Positions 19,101 to 27,185 of a DNA stretch of 64,000 nucleotides are shown one piece after another (position 1 is the stretch's first letter; the number at the start of each line of letters is the position of its first letter). The DNA comes from Anaerolineae bacterium (lineage in GTDB: Bacteria > Chloroflexota > Anaerolineae > UBA7937), in contig DAOULQ010000005.1 of assembly GCA_034419095.1 (NCBI GenBank), forward strand, positions 1,024-65,023, in the 5' to 3' direction. A model generated the notes under the pieces. The model searched no databases. It saw nothing but the letters and a program-made list of their open reading frames with translations, and was not told the origin of the DNA. Made by a program: the position numbers and the translations under genes.

Positions 19101-19477
19101 AAGAGTATCTGAAATCCGTCGAGGGAGACGCCGACCATCCTCTTCAAAGCGGCCTCTTTCTGCTTCTCTCCATGGCGCGAGGCCTCGGCGTCGAGATATT
19201 TGACGAGTTGCTCAATCGTCTCCTCTTGTCCCCTCTTGCTCTTGAGTTTGCCTGGACGCTCGTATTCGAGAATTAGGTGGCCGTGGATGGCATCATAGAA
19301 AGAGGTACTGGTGGCTTTCTCATATCGAGGCTCGGTAGTGATGTCGAGGGCTTTCAGCACGGGATCGAGGGCTTTTTCCACGCCGATGCGAAGGTCCTCC
19401 TCTGTATCGGCTCGCTTAGCTACTGTGAGGATGTCTTTCGCCAATTGCTCTGCCAAGGGTTGTCGCTTGTTGATCAC
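16181..19477 (-). CDS. large gamma-class N6-adenine DNA methyltransferase (Type IIG/IIL- or PglX-like architecture)
   Basis: 1098 aa. Motif I LDPACGSGTFL, motif IV VVGNPPWVNWESL, and a long C-terminal TRD-like region. The N-terminal segment FYDAIHGHLILEYERPGKLKS resembles an MmeI-type D-x(8-9)-E-x-K nuclease motif but reads E-Y-E. Confidence 0.85.
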   Translation of the reverse strand: MINKRQPLAEQLAKDILTVAKRADTEEDLRIGVEKALDPVLKALDITTEPRYEKATSTSFYDAIHGHLILEYERPGKLKSKRGQEETIEQLVKYLDAEASRHGEKQKEAALKRMVGVSLDGFQILFVRYTGTKARAKVPFPKRKPSAQLPLLPEAILPGGFDLDGPNPVNAQTISLFLTYIRALHRYPLTPEELTKEFGPDAETARQAVNTFYQTLLASKSPKVDTFFKEWDRIFGIVYGQDISKAEKDAAQLAKRYGVDMRVELKPLLFAVHTYYALLMKLLVAELLSLQPESYVPSFVTQLAALSDAELQSQLSNLEDGGHFQAFGILNFLEGDFFGWYLADWNGDVSAAIRRMARRLSDFEPATAEIDPEATRDLLKKLYQYLVPKKLRHDLGEYYTPDWLAERLLNQVGYDGNPDLRLLDPACGSGTFLALAIKRIREYADEKLLEYADVAQKVLKNVVGFDLNPIAVIAARTTYLLALGNLRRAISPITIPVYMCDSILTPSEPLKPGLFEQGPVITTVAGKFMMPREIIVNRQMDALSQLLEECVKSQYEEKEFLERAERELAFKEGATSTGLSSLYQTLLQLEKEGRNRIWARILKNAFAPIFQEPFDYVVGNPPWVNWESLSDEYRDATKPLWVDYGLFSLKGWRARLGGGKKDLAALFAYACIDHYLKDKGKLGFVITQTLFKTKGAGDGFRRFKLGEEGADLRVLHVDDMVALQPFEGASNWTSVIVLQKGHSTSYPVPYTLWRKRKRVSLGVDNSLEEVKQLTTTSHFQAEPVRAAQPTAPWFTARAKAISAIRRAFGSSEYQARAGATTWADGIYWLRIIEKRSDGLLVVENLPELGKKDIKQVQAVLEPTLVYPFIPWKNVSPFSAKPSFYILMVQDPDRRVGYDERWLKVELPNTYSYLKQFEHILRERSGYKKYFDPQSDPFYSIYNVGPYTFATSKVIWKSMGPSLEAAVVTPFADHFVGEKVPIHKNTVLFVEASDHKEAHFLSTVLNSSIVDFIARSYSVGKSFASAHLLEYADIPKFDPQNPLHQELSALSQGAHELAAKGEKEALKQVEEEIDRKAAELWGFTDKELAEIKRSLEELS

Positions 19478-19554
19478 CGGTTGCTCCTTCTCCCCCTGTC
19501 ACCCTCCCGCAGAAGATCTGACCATCAGGCACACCAGAATATCAAATGTTTTGT

Positions 19555-20217
19555 CTATGTAACGGTGCCAATCTCCAGCACGTGCCCAATGTACTCTCGG
19601 AGCACTTTGACATCTTTGTTCCTCAGGTAGTCCTTGTCAGGCCAGAAGGGATTTAGGCGCGATACGTATCTTAGGTCAGGCAACTCGTCGCCGATCTTCA
19701 AATGTGGTTGTTGATGATCATCCACTTGAACTTCAACGAGTTGGAGGTCTGGTGGCGTGCCGTTAGCCAGGAGAGCAGCAAACAACACCGGCAATTTGGT
19801 CTCCTGTACGAGGTTGCGTGTCTCACGAAGGCGTCTTACTATCTCCTCTTCATTGAGCTGAGCACTATAGCAGTGCCAAAGACACACCCGATCGAAACCG
19901 AATCTAAGCAAACCTATTGCTTGCTCAAGACCGAGGTAGGTCGGGAATCTCCCGCTAGCCACGGGGATGAATTTCAGCTCTATTGCAATCCAGAAGTTGT
20001 CTCGGATAACCAGTAGGTCAATATCCGGCTGGACCGGCGGGGGAATACCCTCATACTGACTGTTCCAATAGTCAATGAACTTCTTTGACGTCAATCTCCG
20101 GCGGCAGAAGATCAACTTGTAGTCGCCAGTCTCTTCGAGGCGTTTGGCAACTTCGTGTGCGATGACACTCTCCGTCAACTCCTGTCTGGCCACGGACCCT
20201 GTTTCAGCTTCCATCAT
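19555..20217 (-). CDS. PD-(D/E)xK nuclease-fold protein (candidate restriction partner)
   Basis: 220 aa. PDIDLLVIRDNFWIAIELKF gives a D...E-x-K signature. Lies immediately upstream of, and co-oriented with, the MTase (78-nt gap). Confidence 0.6.
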   Translation of the reverse strand: MMEAETGSVARQELTESVIAHEVAKRLEETGDYKLIFCRRRLTSKKFIDYWNSQYEGIPPPVQPDIDLLVIRDNFWIAIELKFIPVASGRFPTYLGLEQAIGLLRFGFDRVCLWHCYSAQLNEEEIVRRLRETRNLVQETKLPVLFAALLANGTPPDLQLVEVQVDDHQQPHLKIGDELPDLRYVSRLNPFWPDKDYLRNKDVKVLREYIGHVLEIGTVT

Positions 20218-20226
20218 CCTCTATCT

Positions 20227-20280
20227 CTACTTGCCGTTGTTTACTGCCTCCAACCCTCCCTACTTCCCGAAGACGATTCC
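20227..20280 (-). repeat. R2-1 conserved upstream element (diverged copy)
   Basis: Plus strand reads CTACTTGCCGTTGTTTACTGCCTCCAACCCTCCCTACTTCCCGAAGACGATTCC. It aligns with R2 at 24305-24362. Ends ~10 nt upstream of the PD-(D/E)xK start. Confidence 0.65.
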
Positions 20281-20330
20281 GCTCCGTGTTCATTGCTCTC
20301 ACCCTGCCGCAGAAGAGGCGGGGCCTCGGC

Positions 20331-20400
20331 CACACCCTCACATTCTTTGCCCATTCTGCCACCAGATGCCCAGCCCCTAGCAGTAGGATGATTCCAATCC
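20331..20400 (-). repeat. R1c conserved intergenic element
   Basis: Plus strand reads CACACCCTCACATTCTTTGCCCATTCTGCCACCAGATGCCCAGCCCCTAGCAGTAGGATGATTCCAATCC. Lies just after the stop (20418) of the 1264-aa gene. Confidence 0.8.
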
Positions 20401-20417
20401 CCTTCTGGGCTAAGGGG

Positions 20418-23400
20418 CTAAAAGTCACGTCTTTCTTCTTCAATTCTTGCCCGTTCAATCTGTTGATCCAATGAAGACACGTACTCATCAATCCAGCCCT
20501 TCACACTTTCGTTGTCTTCTCCTTTTTTGAAATCAAGCAATCGTTGTTTTTTCCCTTGATAGTGCAAGCTTCGCGGCCCTGTCCAGCCTTCTGTTGAGAA
20601 GTTTGCCATTAGATTCCGTCGCACATCTTCTCTTGATCCATATCTCGCAAGAACTTCTCTTGCTATACAGATTCTTCCCTCCTCTCGAAAAAGCACTTTA
20701 GGAGCAAAACTGGCTAGGTACCAAGCGCGATTCTCCACATCCTCATCAACCCATTCCCAGATTCTCTCCAAAGGAATCATAGCCAGTGCTCCTTCACTTC
20801 CCGTTTCAAAGAATTGGCCACCTCTTAGCCATTCCTTTATGCCAAACGCTCGTGAATCTATCGGCGGCCCCAGGTATCTTGTCGTCAGAGCCCAGACTTC
20901 TTTTGGGTATCGTCGGGTAATTTCGTTAAGTACAGCTTGAGTGCGCGAGTGGAAACCCTCGACAATTGTGCCCTCTTCTCCGAAATGCTCGAGGATTCTT
21001 TCTCCAAGGTGCAAACCTTTTTCCGGATAGAGTTGGACAAACGCCTTCCCGATTTCCACCCAATTGTAGTCATCCATTTGATCGCGTCTGCCTGCTTCAG
21101 GCTTTTGAAACAATGCTGTGTGCGTCAGAAGTTTCAGGGTTAGTTCTTCTGGCAAAGTGTGCTTGGACTCCTTGGCAAGATAGTGGGAGCGGTACAAATC
21201 CAGTGCAATAGAAGCAGCGTGAGCGTCGGAATCACCAAGTAAGAACTCAATGCAGTTCTTGAAGACATCCTCAGATAGGTCTCGAATAGCACCCCCTAAA
21301 ACAAGCATCCGGAACTGACCAATGCCAATGATACCTTTTTCTGCAAGACCCAGGATACGCAGAGCCGCTTGATCAGAAATTCCCGACCGCCAGGTCAATT
21401 CAGGAACCCAACCGTTCAAGTTTTCATCTTCGGTGAGAGCGTCCAATTGGTCTTCCCATTTCTGTTGATCCTTCTCAAAGAGCGCGCGAAAATACCCCCC
21501 GAGGAAATAGACGCTTGCGCTCTTGCCTGCCCTTCGCTGCGCTTCGAGAAGTATCGGCAAGAGCGAGAAATCCATATCTCTCTTTCCCAGTTCATATCCA
21601 AACCGGTAGCCGTTCTGCGCTTCCGTTGTCAGAAGCCAGTCTAACTCTGGCCGCAGTAGGTCGCTCTTTTCAATTGCTTGTGTGGCCAACTCTTCAATTC
21701 TTGGTTGCGTTTGGTCTACATAGTTGCCTTCCTGGTCAAATCTGTCTTCCAAGAGATCCATGGCCACATAGCGCTCCATAAGCGAGGAAAAATCGCTGCC
21801 GGTAAGGTCGTCTCTGAGTTCTTCCCAACGCTGACGTACTTCTGGCGGCATCTCTTGGCCGTCATAACGTAGAATCTGAACGACCTTAGCGAGTACCTTC
21901 TTGCCATCTACATAGGGTTTTCCTCTTAGTTCGTCCACGGTTTCAATGACCATGTCGGTTAAGTTCAGAATCCTGGCTAACCCTCTCGCGCGCTGGAGAA
22001 GGATGTTGACTGCTTGTTGTTGCTCATCTTCTGGCAGACTATCTAACCGCTTGCATAGCAATTGCCATACTCGCCGGTACCCATCAAATAACTCCCTGTA
22101 TGTTTGTGGCGTCCAAAGCTGAGGCTCCTGTCGCAGTCCTTGCCGTTCAGCACCAATCATCCGGGTGAAAAACTGTGACTCCAATGCCCGATCACAAGCA
22201 CGCAAGGCAAGAAGCCTCCTGTCTTTTGAACTCGACTCAAAGGCTTCCTTGAGAACAGGAAAGCGTTCCTGCGGAGAAGCCTCTGTTGGGGCAACCCGTC
22301 CAGGGCCTAGAGAAAACAGTTCTGCAAAAACGCCACTGGCATTGTTTGACCAGGTTTCGTTTTCTGCCTCTCCGAGGGCTAGAAGCAGCCTTGCTGCATC
22401 CGCAAACAAGTCCCGCCACATTGCGATCTTCTCAAGGGCCCATACTACCTCCCTCCGACCCGTTGTGAATTTCAGAAGATCCTCTTTGCTCCAGGTTCCA
22501 ATTGTGTTCTTCAGACATTCCAATGCTGACCCCGGATCGGCTTCTGAAAGAGCCTGAAAGAACTGTGCGCCCGGGCTTGATCTCAAGTAGTTGCCAGTTC
22601 TGAAAGGGCCCCTTTTGTCCAGAAGCTCTCGACCGATACCAGACGCAACCTCAGACTCAGCCGCATACTTAAACATCTCGTAGAACCACTCAAGCAGTTT
22701 CGGCCGCCAACCTCCGGAGAAATCCTCTAGATCGAATGTGTCGCCGTAGGTATTCCACCACCTAGTCCACAAGTAGATATGGAGTGCTTTGGGTGTGATG
22801 TAGAGCGTATTCTCACCTTGAAGAATCCGCTTCGCCTTCAAATCATGGATGATCTCCTGAAACCTTGGCCAAGTGATCTGAGGGTCCGCCTGTTCAACCA
22901 TCTTGGCTATCGCTTGTGCCTCAGCGACAACTGGCCGTCCATAACCGAACCGCTTGAAAAGCGCAATGTGTTGGAGCACCAGTCGCCTTTGTCGCACCTG
23001 TTGGCTATCTGGATCATCTCCGGCCACAATGTAGCGATTCCATACATCGACAGTAGCGGGAGCTCTTAGCAGATCCTCTGGGTGGTTTTTCAAGTTCCAC
23101 CCGATGACATGGGCAACTCTGGGAGAACCACTGCACAAATCCGCCCACCGGTCTGCCTTGTCTTTGGGAATGCCATACTCTTGAATGATGCTACTTATCT
23201 GTTCTTCTTGTAGCGGCGCCGCATCAAGGTAGGTTATATCGCCAGCAGTCCGATCGTACTCGCTATAGATCGAGACAAGTTTGATCCTCGGACTATGATA
23301 TTGGAGTTTGTTCCAGATATAGGATCTGCTATCTAGATCGCATTCATCGATAACCAGAATAGCGAAGAAAGGATTGTCATCTCTCAGGATCTCATACATT

Positions 23401-24212
23401 AGGTTGCTATCTCTGAACCGGCTCGCGCTGTCACAATAAACAACCAGTGGCTGTAGGTCCTCTGCGCGCGTTGCCTCCAGTACGAGTCTCGTCTTGCCGA
23501 TTCCAGGCTCACCCCATACGTGTATATGAACGGGCGCGCCGTTCTTGCGCAATTCGCTTTGAATACTCAATATGCGGTCTTCTTGTGTCTGACCGATCTT
23601 CAATGGCCTTCTCATCTCGGATTCCCGAGACCAACTTCGATGTGTCTGAAACCCTAGTCCTGTCCGTCCCGTCAATTGCAGCGCCAATGATGGAAATGGC
23701 TTGAGGAACCCAATGAGGGTGTTCTGCCGCCATATCTCGATCTTTGCATCCTTGTACCTACGATCTATATCGGCCAGTTTCCTCTTGAACTTGTCTTTGC
23801 AATAGTCGTCCGTCACGTCTGGATTGTCCCAACCGAACAGTACCACAACCAATGTTCCGTTCTTCTCTAGACATGACTTCACCCTCGGTCTAAGTTCGTC
23901 GGAGCCCTCTCTAAACAAGATGCTTCTGATATCACTCTCTCTGGTCGGAGAGAGGTCACCAGTCTTGATTTGGTAACAAGTTAGGCCTTGTCTAATGATT
24001 CCCTGTCCACCACTAATCTGAACATCTTGTACTTTCCCATCTACGCCACCGTCCGCAACAGTAATTGCACTCGGTACCTCTATGAGATTCTTTCCGATTC
24101 CAAGAGCCGTCCCTTCTGCCCAAAGCAACTCACGGAAAAAGTTCACAGCCTCTTGAGGGCTCAAGCGCTCCAAGTCTTGATTCCTTACTGAGAAAATCGT
24201 GTCCATGCTCAC
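20418..24212 (-). CDS. Avs-like STAND NTPase: Mrr-like PD-(D/E)xK N-terminal domain + P-loop NTPase + long helical-repeat C-terminus
   Basis: 1264 aa. N-terminus FFRELLWAEGTALGIGKNLIEVPSAITVADGGVDGKV...CYQIKTG matches the Mrr-cat pattern (DGGxD ... QxK). Walker A VWGEPGIGKTRLVLE, Walker B ILVIDECD, and ~900 aa of helical repeats. Confidence 0.7.
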   Translation of the reverse strand: MSMDTIFSVRNQDLERLSPQEAVNFFRELLWAEGTALGIGKNLIEVPSAITVADGGVDGKVQDVQISGGQGIIRQGLTCYQIKTGDLSPTRESDIRSILFREGSDELRPRVKSCLEKNGTLVVVLFGWDNPDVTDDYCKDKFKRKLADIDRRYKDAKIEIWRQNTLIGFLKPFPSLALQLTGRTGLGFQTHRSWSRESEMRRPLKIGQTQEDRILSIQSELRKNGAPVHIHVWGEPGIGKTRLVLEATRAEDLQPLVVYCDSASRFRDSNLMYEILRDDNPFFAILVIDECDLDSRSYIWNKLQYHSPRIKLVSIYSEYDRTAGDITYLDAAPLQEEQISSIIQEYGIPKDKADRWADLCSGSPRVAHVIGWNLKNHPEDLLRAPATVDVWNRYIVAGDDPDSQQVRQRRLVLQHIALFKRFGYGRPVVAEAQAIAKMVEQADPQITWPRFQEIIHDLKAKRILQGENTLYITPKALHIYLWTRWWNTYGDTFDLEDFSGGWRPKLLEWFYEMFKYAAESEVASGIGRELLDKRGPFRTGNYLRSSPGAQFFQALSEADPGSALECLKNTIGTWSKEDLLKFTTGRREVVWALEKIAMWRDLFADAARLLLALGEAENETWSNNASGVFAELFSLGPGRVAPTEASPQERFPVLKEAFESSSKDRRLLALRACDRALESQFFTRMIGAERQGLRQEPQLWTPQTYRELFDGYRRVWQLLCKRLDSLPEDEQQQAVNILLQRARGLARILNLTDMVIETVDELRGKPYVDGKKVLAKVVQILRYDGQEMPPEVRQRWEELRDDLTGSDFSSLMERYVAMDLLEDRFDQEGNYVDQTQPRIEELATQAIEKSDLLRPELDWLLTTEAQNGYRFGYELGKRDMDFSLLPILLEAQRRAGKSASVYFLGGYFRALFEKDQQKWEDQLDALTEDENLNGWVPELTWRSGISDQAALRILGLAEKGIIGIGQFRMLVLGGAIRDLSEDVFKNCIEFLLGDSDAHAASIALDLYRSHYLAKESKHTLPEELTLKLLTHTALFQKPEAGRRDQMDDYNWVEIGKAFVQLYPEKGLHLGERILEHFGEEGTIVEGFHSRTQAVLNEITRRYPKEVWALTTRYLGPPIDSRAFGIKEWLRGGQFFETGSEGALAMIPLERIWEWVDEDVENRAWYLASFAPKVLFREEGRICIAREVLARYGSREDVRRNLMANFSTEGWTGPRSLHYQGKKQRLLDFKKGEDNESVKGWIDEYVSSLDQQIERARIEEERRDF

Positions 24213-24304
24213 GTCATCTCCTAGCCTCTTCTCATCGTCCTCGACTCTGCGCTAACACAGAACACGGACCGATGACTCCACCCAAACATGCCACGCGCCA
24301 CCTG

Positions 24305-24362
24305 CCAAACCACTTACTGAGTACTGCCTCCTATGCTCCCTTCCCGAATAGACCACTACCCC
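24305..24362 (-). repeat. R2-2 conserved upstream element
   Basis: Plus strand reads CCAAACCACTTACTGAGTACTGCCTCCTATGCTCCCTTCCCGAATAGACCACTACCCC. Lies ~93 nt upstream of the Avs-like start and overlaps the stop codon of the CI-like repressor gene. Confidence 0.8.
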
Positions 24363-25051
24363 TTCATCTTCGCTCTATACGATCCCACTGCGACACCCAG
24401 CACCCGCGCATCTTTCAATCGGAGGATGGGATAACCCTGATTGCCGGCCTGCAAGTGGGGCCCCTTCGCATCCTCTTTGTATATCCTCAACACCACGTCC
24501 TCGTCCTTTCGCGCCACGACTACATCACCAGGCTGAGCCTGACGTTTGGCGTCAACGAAGATCACATCCCCATCCAAGATCCGGCGTTCGATCATCGAGT
24601 CTCCCTTGACGCGGAGAGCGTAGGCACCATCTCGCTTCTTGATCTGTTCAACTGAGCAGGGATAGAACTCCTCGGCTTCGTGTTCTTCTTGCCATTCGGG
24701 GTAGGTGGCGGGGACCGTGCCGATCAGCGGCAGGAAGATCCACTTTCCTGAGTAGGGAAAGACCTCCTGAAGGCGCTTCCGTGTTTCTTCAAGCACCTTC
24801 GTTGCCTTGCGAATTTCAGCCTGGATCTGATTGTCGTAGCTTTCGCGGCCAAGCAAATAGTTAATTGACACAGCATAATGATCGGCGATTTTTTCAAGAT
24901 CCTCAACACCGATCCTTCGGCGGCCAGCTTCATATCCGGCTACGGTTGCTTGGCTGTGGCCAAGATGGGCGGCCAGTTCCTGCTGAGTCTCACCGTACCG
25001 TTCTCTAATGTCCCTGATTCGGCTGCCGATAACTTTGAATCTATCCATCAT
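24356..25051 (-). CDS. CI/LexA-like repressor (XRE HTH + S24 self-cleaving peptidase domain)
   Basis: 231 aa. HTH region TQQELAAHLGHSQATVAGYEAGRR. C-terminal S24 motif LRVKGDSMIERRILDGDVIFV...VVARKDEDVVLRIYK. Confidence 0.85.
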   Translation of the reverse strand: MMDRFKVIGSRIRDIRERYGETQQELAAHLGHSQATVAGYEAGRRRIGVEDLEKIADHYAVSINYLLGRESYDNQIQAEIRKATKVLEETRKRLQEVFPYSGKWIFLPLIGTVPATYPEWQEEHEAEEFYPCSVEQIKKRDGAYALRVKGDSMIERRILDGDVIFVDAKRQAQPGDVVVARKDEDVVLRIYKEDAKGPHLQAGNQGYPILRLKDARVLGVAVGSYRAKMKG

Positions 25052-25078
25052 ACGTGCTCCTCACGGAACGTCATACTC

Positions 25079-25084
25079 ATTATA
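25079..25084 (-). promoter_or_regulatory. candidate -10 box (TATAAT on minus strand) for the repressor gene
   Basis: Plus ATTATA is TATAAT on the minus strand, ~25 nt upstream of the ATG. The -35 region is weak (TGTCAA). Confidence 0.35.
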
Positions 25085-25116
25085 GCACAAACTACCAGAT
25101 TTTGACACTAACCCTC

Positions 25117-25145
25117 TTGACAGTTCAATGACATGGTGTTATAAT
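25117..25145 (+). promoter_or_regulatory. consensus sigma-70-type promoter facing rightward (TTGACA-17 nt-TATAAT)
   Basis: TTGACA at 25117-25122, a 17-nt spacer, TATAAT at 25140-25145. Divergent from the repressor gene. Three TGACA(C/G/T) half-site-like words at ~25103, 25118 and 25129. Confidence 0.65.
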
Positions 25146-25194
25146 CTTTATAGCGCTCAGCACTAGCATTTCTTTTGTCTCCAATTAGGACAGT

Positions 25195-25386
25195 ATGTCA
25201 TGCAAATTAGAGCGCAAGGGAATAATGGAGAGTGAAGCTCGCAGGTCCACGGTGGCTTGCATCGTGACCGAGCATGATCAGGCAGTCATTGAAGCGCTGG
25301 GCTTTCTGAGGAGGAGCACCATCAGCGACGTGGTCTATGCCTGGACCAAACTGTTGATTGACGAGGCGGAGAAGGCACGGAAGTGA
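25195..25386 (+). CDS. small ribbon-helix-helix-like protein (Cro/regulator analogue); start may be M11 at 25225
   Basis: 63 aa. The STVACIVTEHDQAVIEALGFLRRSTISDVVYAWTKLLI pattern is strand-helix-helix. First gene downstream of the consensus promoter. Confidence 0.45.
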   Translation: MSCKLERKGIMESEARRSTVACIVTEHDQAVIEALGFLRRSTISDVVYAWTKLLIDEAEKARK

Positions 25387-25694
25387 CCCCGGCTAGACAC
25401 AAGAAAGGCCCTGGCCCAAAGCGTGCCAGGACAGGCGAGCCCTTTCCCCTTGTGGTCCACGGTGGGGACAGGTACCAGTCCCTGGACGAGGCCATGGCTG
25501 CTGGCCTTCCGATCCTGGGGAAGATCATCGCCGACTTGGCACGCAGGGACTGGCGCCCTGCCCCGGTACTTGCCAACCCGGGGAGCCAGGCGAAGGGCAT
25601 AGACGATGGGCAGGAGAAGGAAGGAGTTGGAATCCTTTCTGGAGGTGATGGAAGGTCAGTACCTATAATCCCTGGAGGGGATGGAGAGCTTTGA
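25383..25694 (+). CDS. hypothetical protein (weak call)
   Basis: 103 aa. GTG overlaps the previous stop (GTGA). Gly/Pro-rich with no recognisable motif. Confidence 0.25.
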   Translation: MTPARHKKGPGPKRARTGEPFPLVVHGGDRYQSLDEAMAAGLPILGKIIADLARRDWRPAPVLANPGSQAKGIDDGQEKEGVGILSGGDGRSVPIIPGGDGEL

Positions 25695-26132
25695 GTGCCT
25701 AGTCAGGAGTGGCCGAGTGACTATCGTGAGTGGCTCATCAAGCTACGCAGTAGGTTATTGATCCCCTCGACGGTTCAGGGACAGGTGAGCTAACCGGAAA
25801 GAAGATGAGGATCTGGTCAGCCAACGATCTCACCATCCTGTAGGAGAATATCTCATCTATCCAAGGCGAAGAGATACCCGATACCAACCTAATGGCCATC
25901 GCCTAAACCGGCCAAAGGGCGACGGCAAGAGCTAGGGAGACCTTCTCAGCGTTCATGGTCGGACCCTGCCTTGAGGAGGAAGAGCTTTCAGAAAGCGAGA
26001 GGCCCAGCCGGATCAGGGCCGAGCCTCTCACAGAAACCGGGTACAGTTTGGGCTCTGGCTTAGCACTAGAGGGGGAGATCGGCAAGTGATAGCGGATCGG
26101 ATGGTAGCGCCGGCTTTTGAAGGGGGATTTTT

Positions 26133-27185
26133 GTGTCCAAGCAAGGCAAGGCGACGAAGATGTTCCCCGGCTTCCGCAAGCCGACCTACACGATGGTCCC
26201 AGATGAGCTATTCGACGAGCTCCTCGCTGACCTGACAGGATCGGAGCTCAAGGTCTTGCTCTACATCACCCGCCGTACCTTCGGCTTCAAAAAAGAAAGC
26301 GACAACATCTCCCTTAACCAGATGCTCTCGGGCATCCGCACCAAAGACGGCCGGATCCTGGACCGGGGAACGGGTCTTGCCAAGTCCACTCTGGTTTCCG
26401 CCCTCAAGAGCCTGGCAGCCAAGAACATCGTCATGGCTGAGAGGCGCAAGAGCGCTAGGCGCGGCTACGAGCCCACCAACTACCGCCTCAACGTCATCAC
26501 CCCTAGTTCGAAAATCGATCAACCCTTGTCCGAAAGCCCTACCAAGCCCTTGGGTAAGAAAGCGGACATACAACAAACAGTTATACAAGATACAGATGAC
26601 AACAATAGTGTTGTTGCTCTTTTGATGAATAGGGGAATAACCAAGCGCACCGCTGCCAGGCTGGCAAGAGAATACCCTGAAGCTCTGATCAGACAGAAGA
26701 TCGAACTTCTTGACTACTTGCAGGAGACCCAAAGCCCGTTGGTGAGAAAAAACCCAGCTGGCTACCTCAGGCGCGCGATCGAGGAAGACTACAAGCTCCC
26801 TAGAGGCTTCAAGACCAAAGCTGAGAGGGAAGCCGAGGCCCGAGAATGGGAAAAGGCCCAAGGCCGGGCTGAACGCGCCCGGAAGGCCCATCGCGAGAAG
26901 ACTGACCGACGAGGTCAGGCGTTCAAGAGATACGGCACTAGCGAGAGGCTGATCTCTTTGTGGCGGGAAGCCCAACAGAGCCTCCAGGCCAGGCTCACCA
27001 AGGCCACCTATGAGACCTACCTCAAAGATGCCGCCCTGCTTAGCCTTGACAACAGCGTGGCGGTTTTAGGCGTCTCTAACCAGTTTGCCCAGGAATGGAT
27101 TGAGGGCCGGCTTGCCAAGATAATCACGCGGGTGCTGGAGGATATCCTCAAAGAACCCCTTGAGCTGAGGGTGGAAGTCTACTGA
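26133..27185 (+). CDS. replication initiator-like protein (N-terminal wHTH replication-protein module + C-terminal DnaA-domain-I-like module)
   Basis: 350 aa. N-terminus TMVPDELFDELLADLTGSELKVLLYITRRTFGFKKESDNISLNQM is typical of phage/plasmid replication organisers. C-terminus ATYETYLKDAALLSLDNSVAVLGVSNQFAQEWIEGRL resembles DnaA_N. Confidence 0.7.
   Translation: MSKQGKATKMFPGFRKPTYTMVPDELFDELLADLTGSELKVLLYITRRTFGFKKESDNISLNQMLSGIRTKDGRILDRGTGLAKSTLVSALKSLAAKNIVMAERRKSARRGYEPTNYRLNVITPSSKIDQPLSESPTKPLGKKADIQQTVIQDTDDNNSVVALLMNRGITKRTAARLAREYPEALIRQKIELLDYLQETQSPLVRKNPAGYLRRAIEEDYKLPRGFKTKAEREAEAREWEKAQGRAERARKAHREKTDRRGQAFKRYGTSERLISLWREAQQSLQARLTKATYETYLKDAALLSLDNSVAVLGVSNQFAQEWIEGRLAKIITRVLEDILKEPLELRVEVY

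Noticed and set aside
26208-26975. 255-aa antisense ORF inside the replication-initiator gene
   Set aside because: It is a shadow ORF on the opposite strand of a well-supported gene. Its composition is low-complexity (Gly/Leu/Ser/Pro) and it has no RBS.
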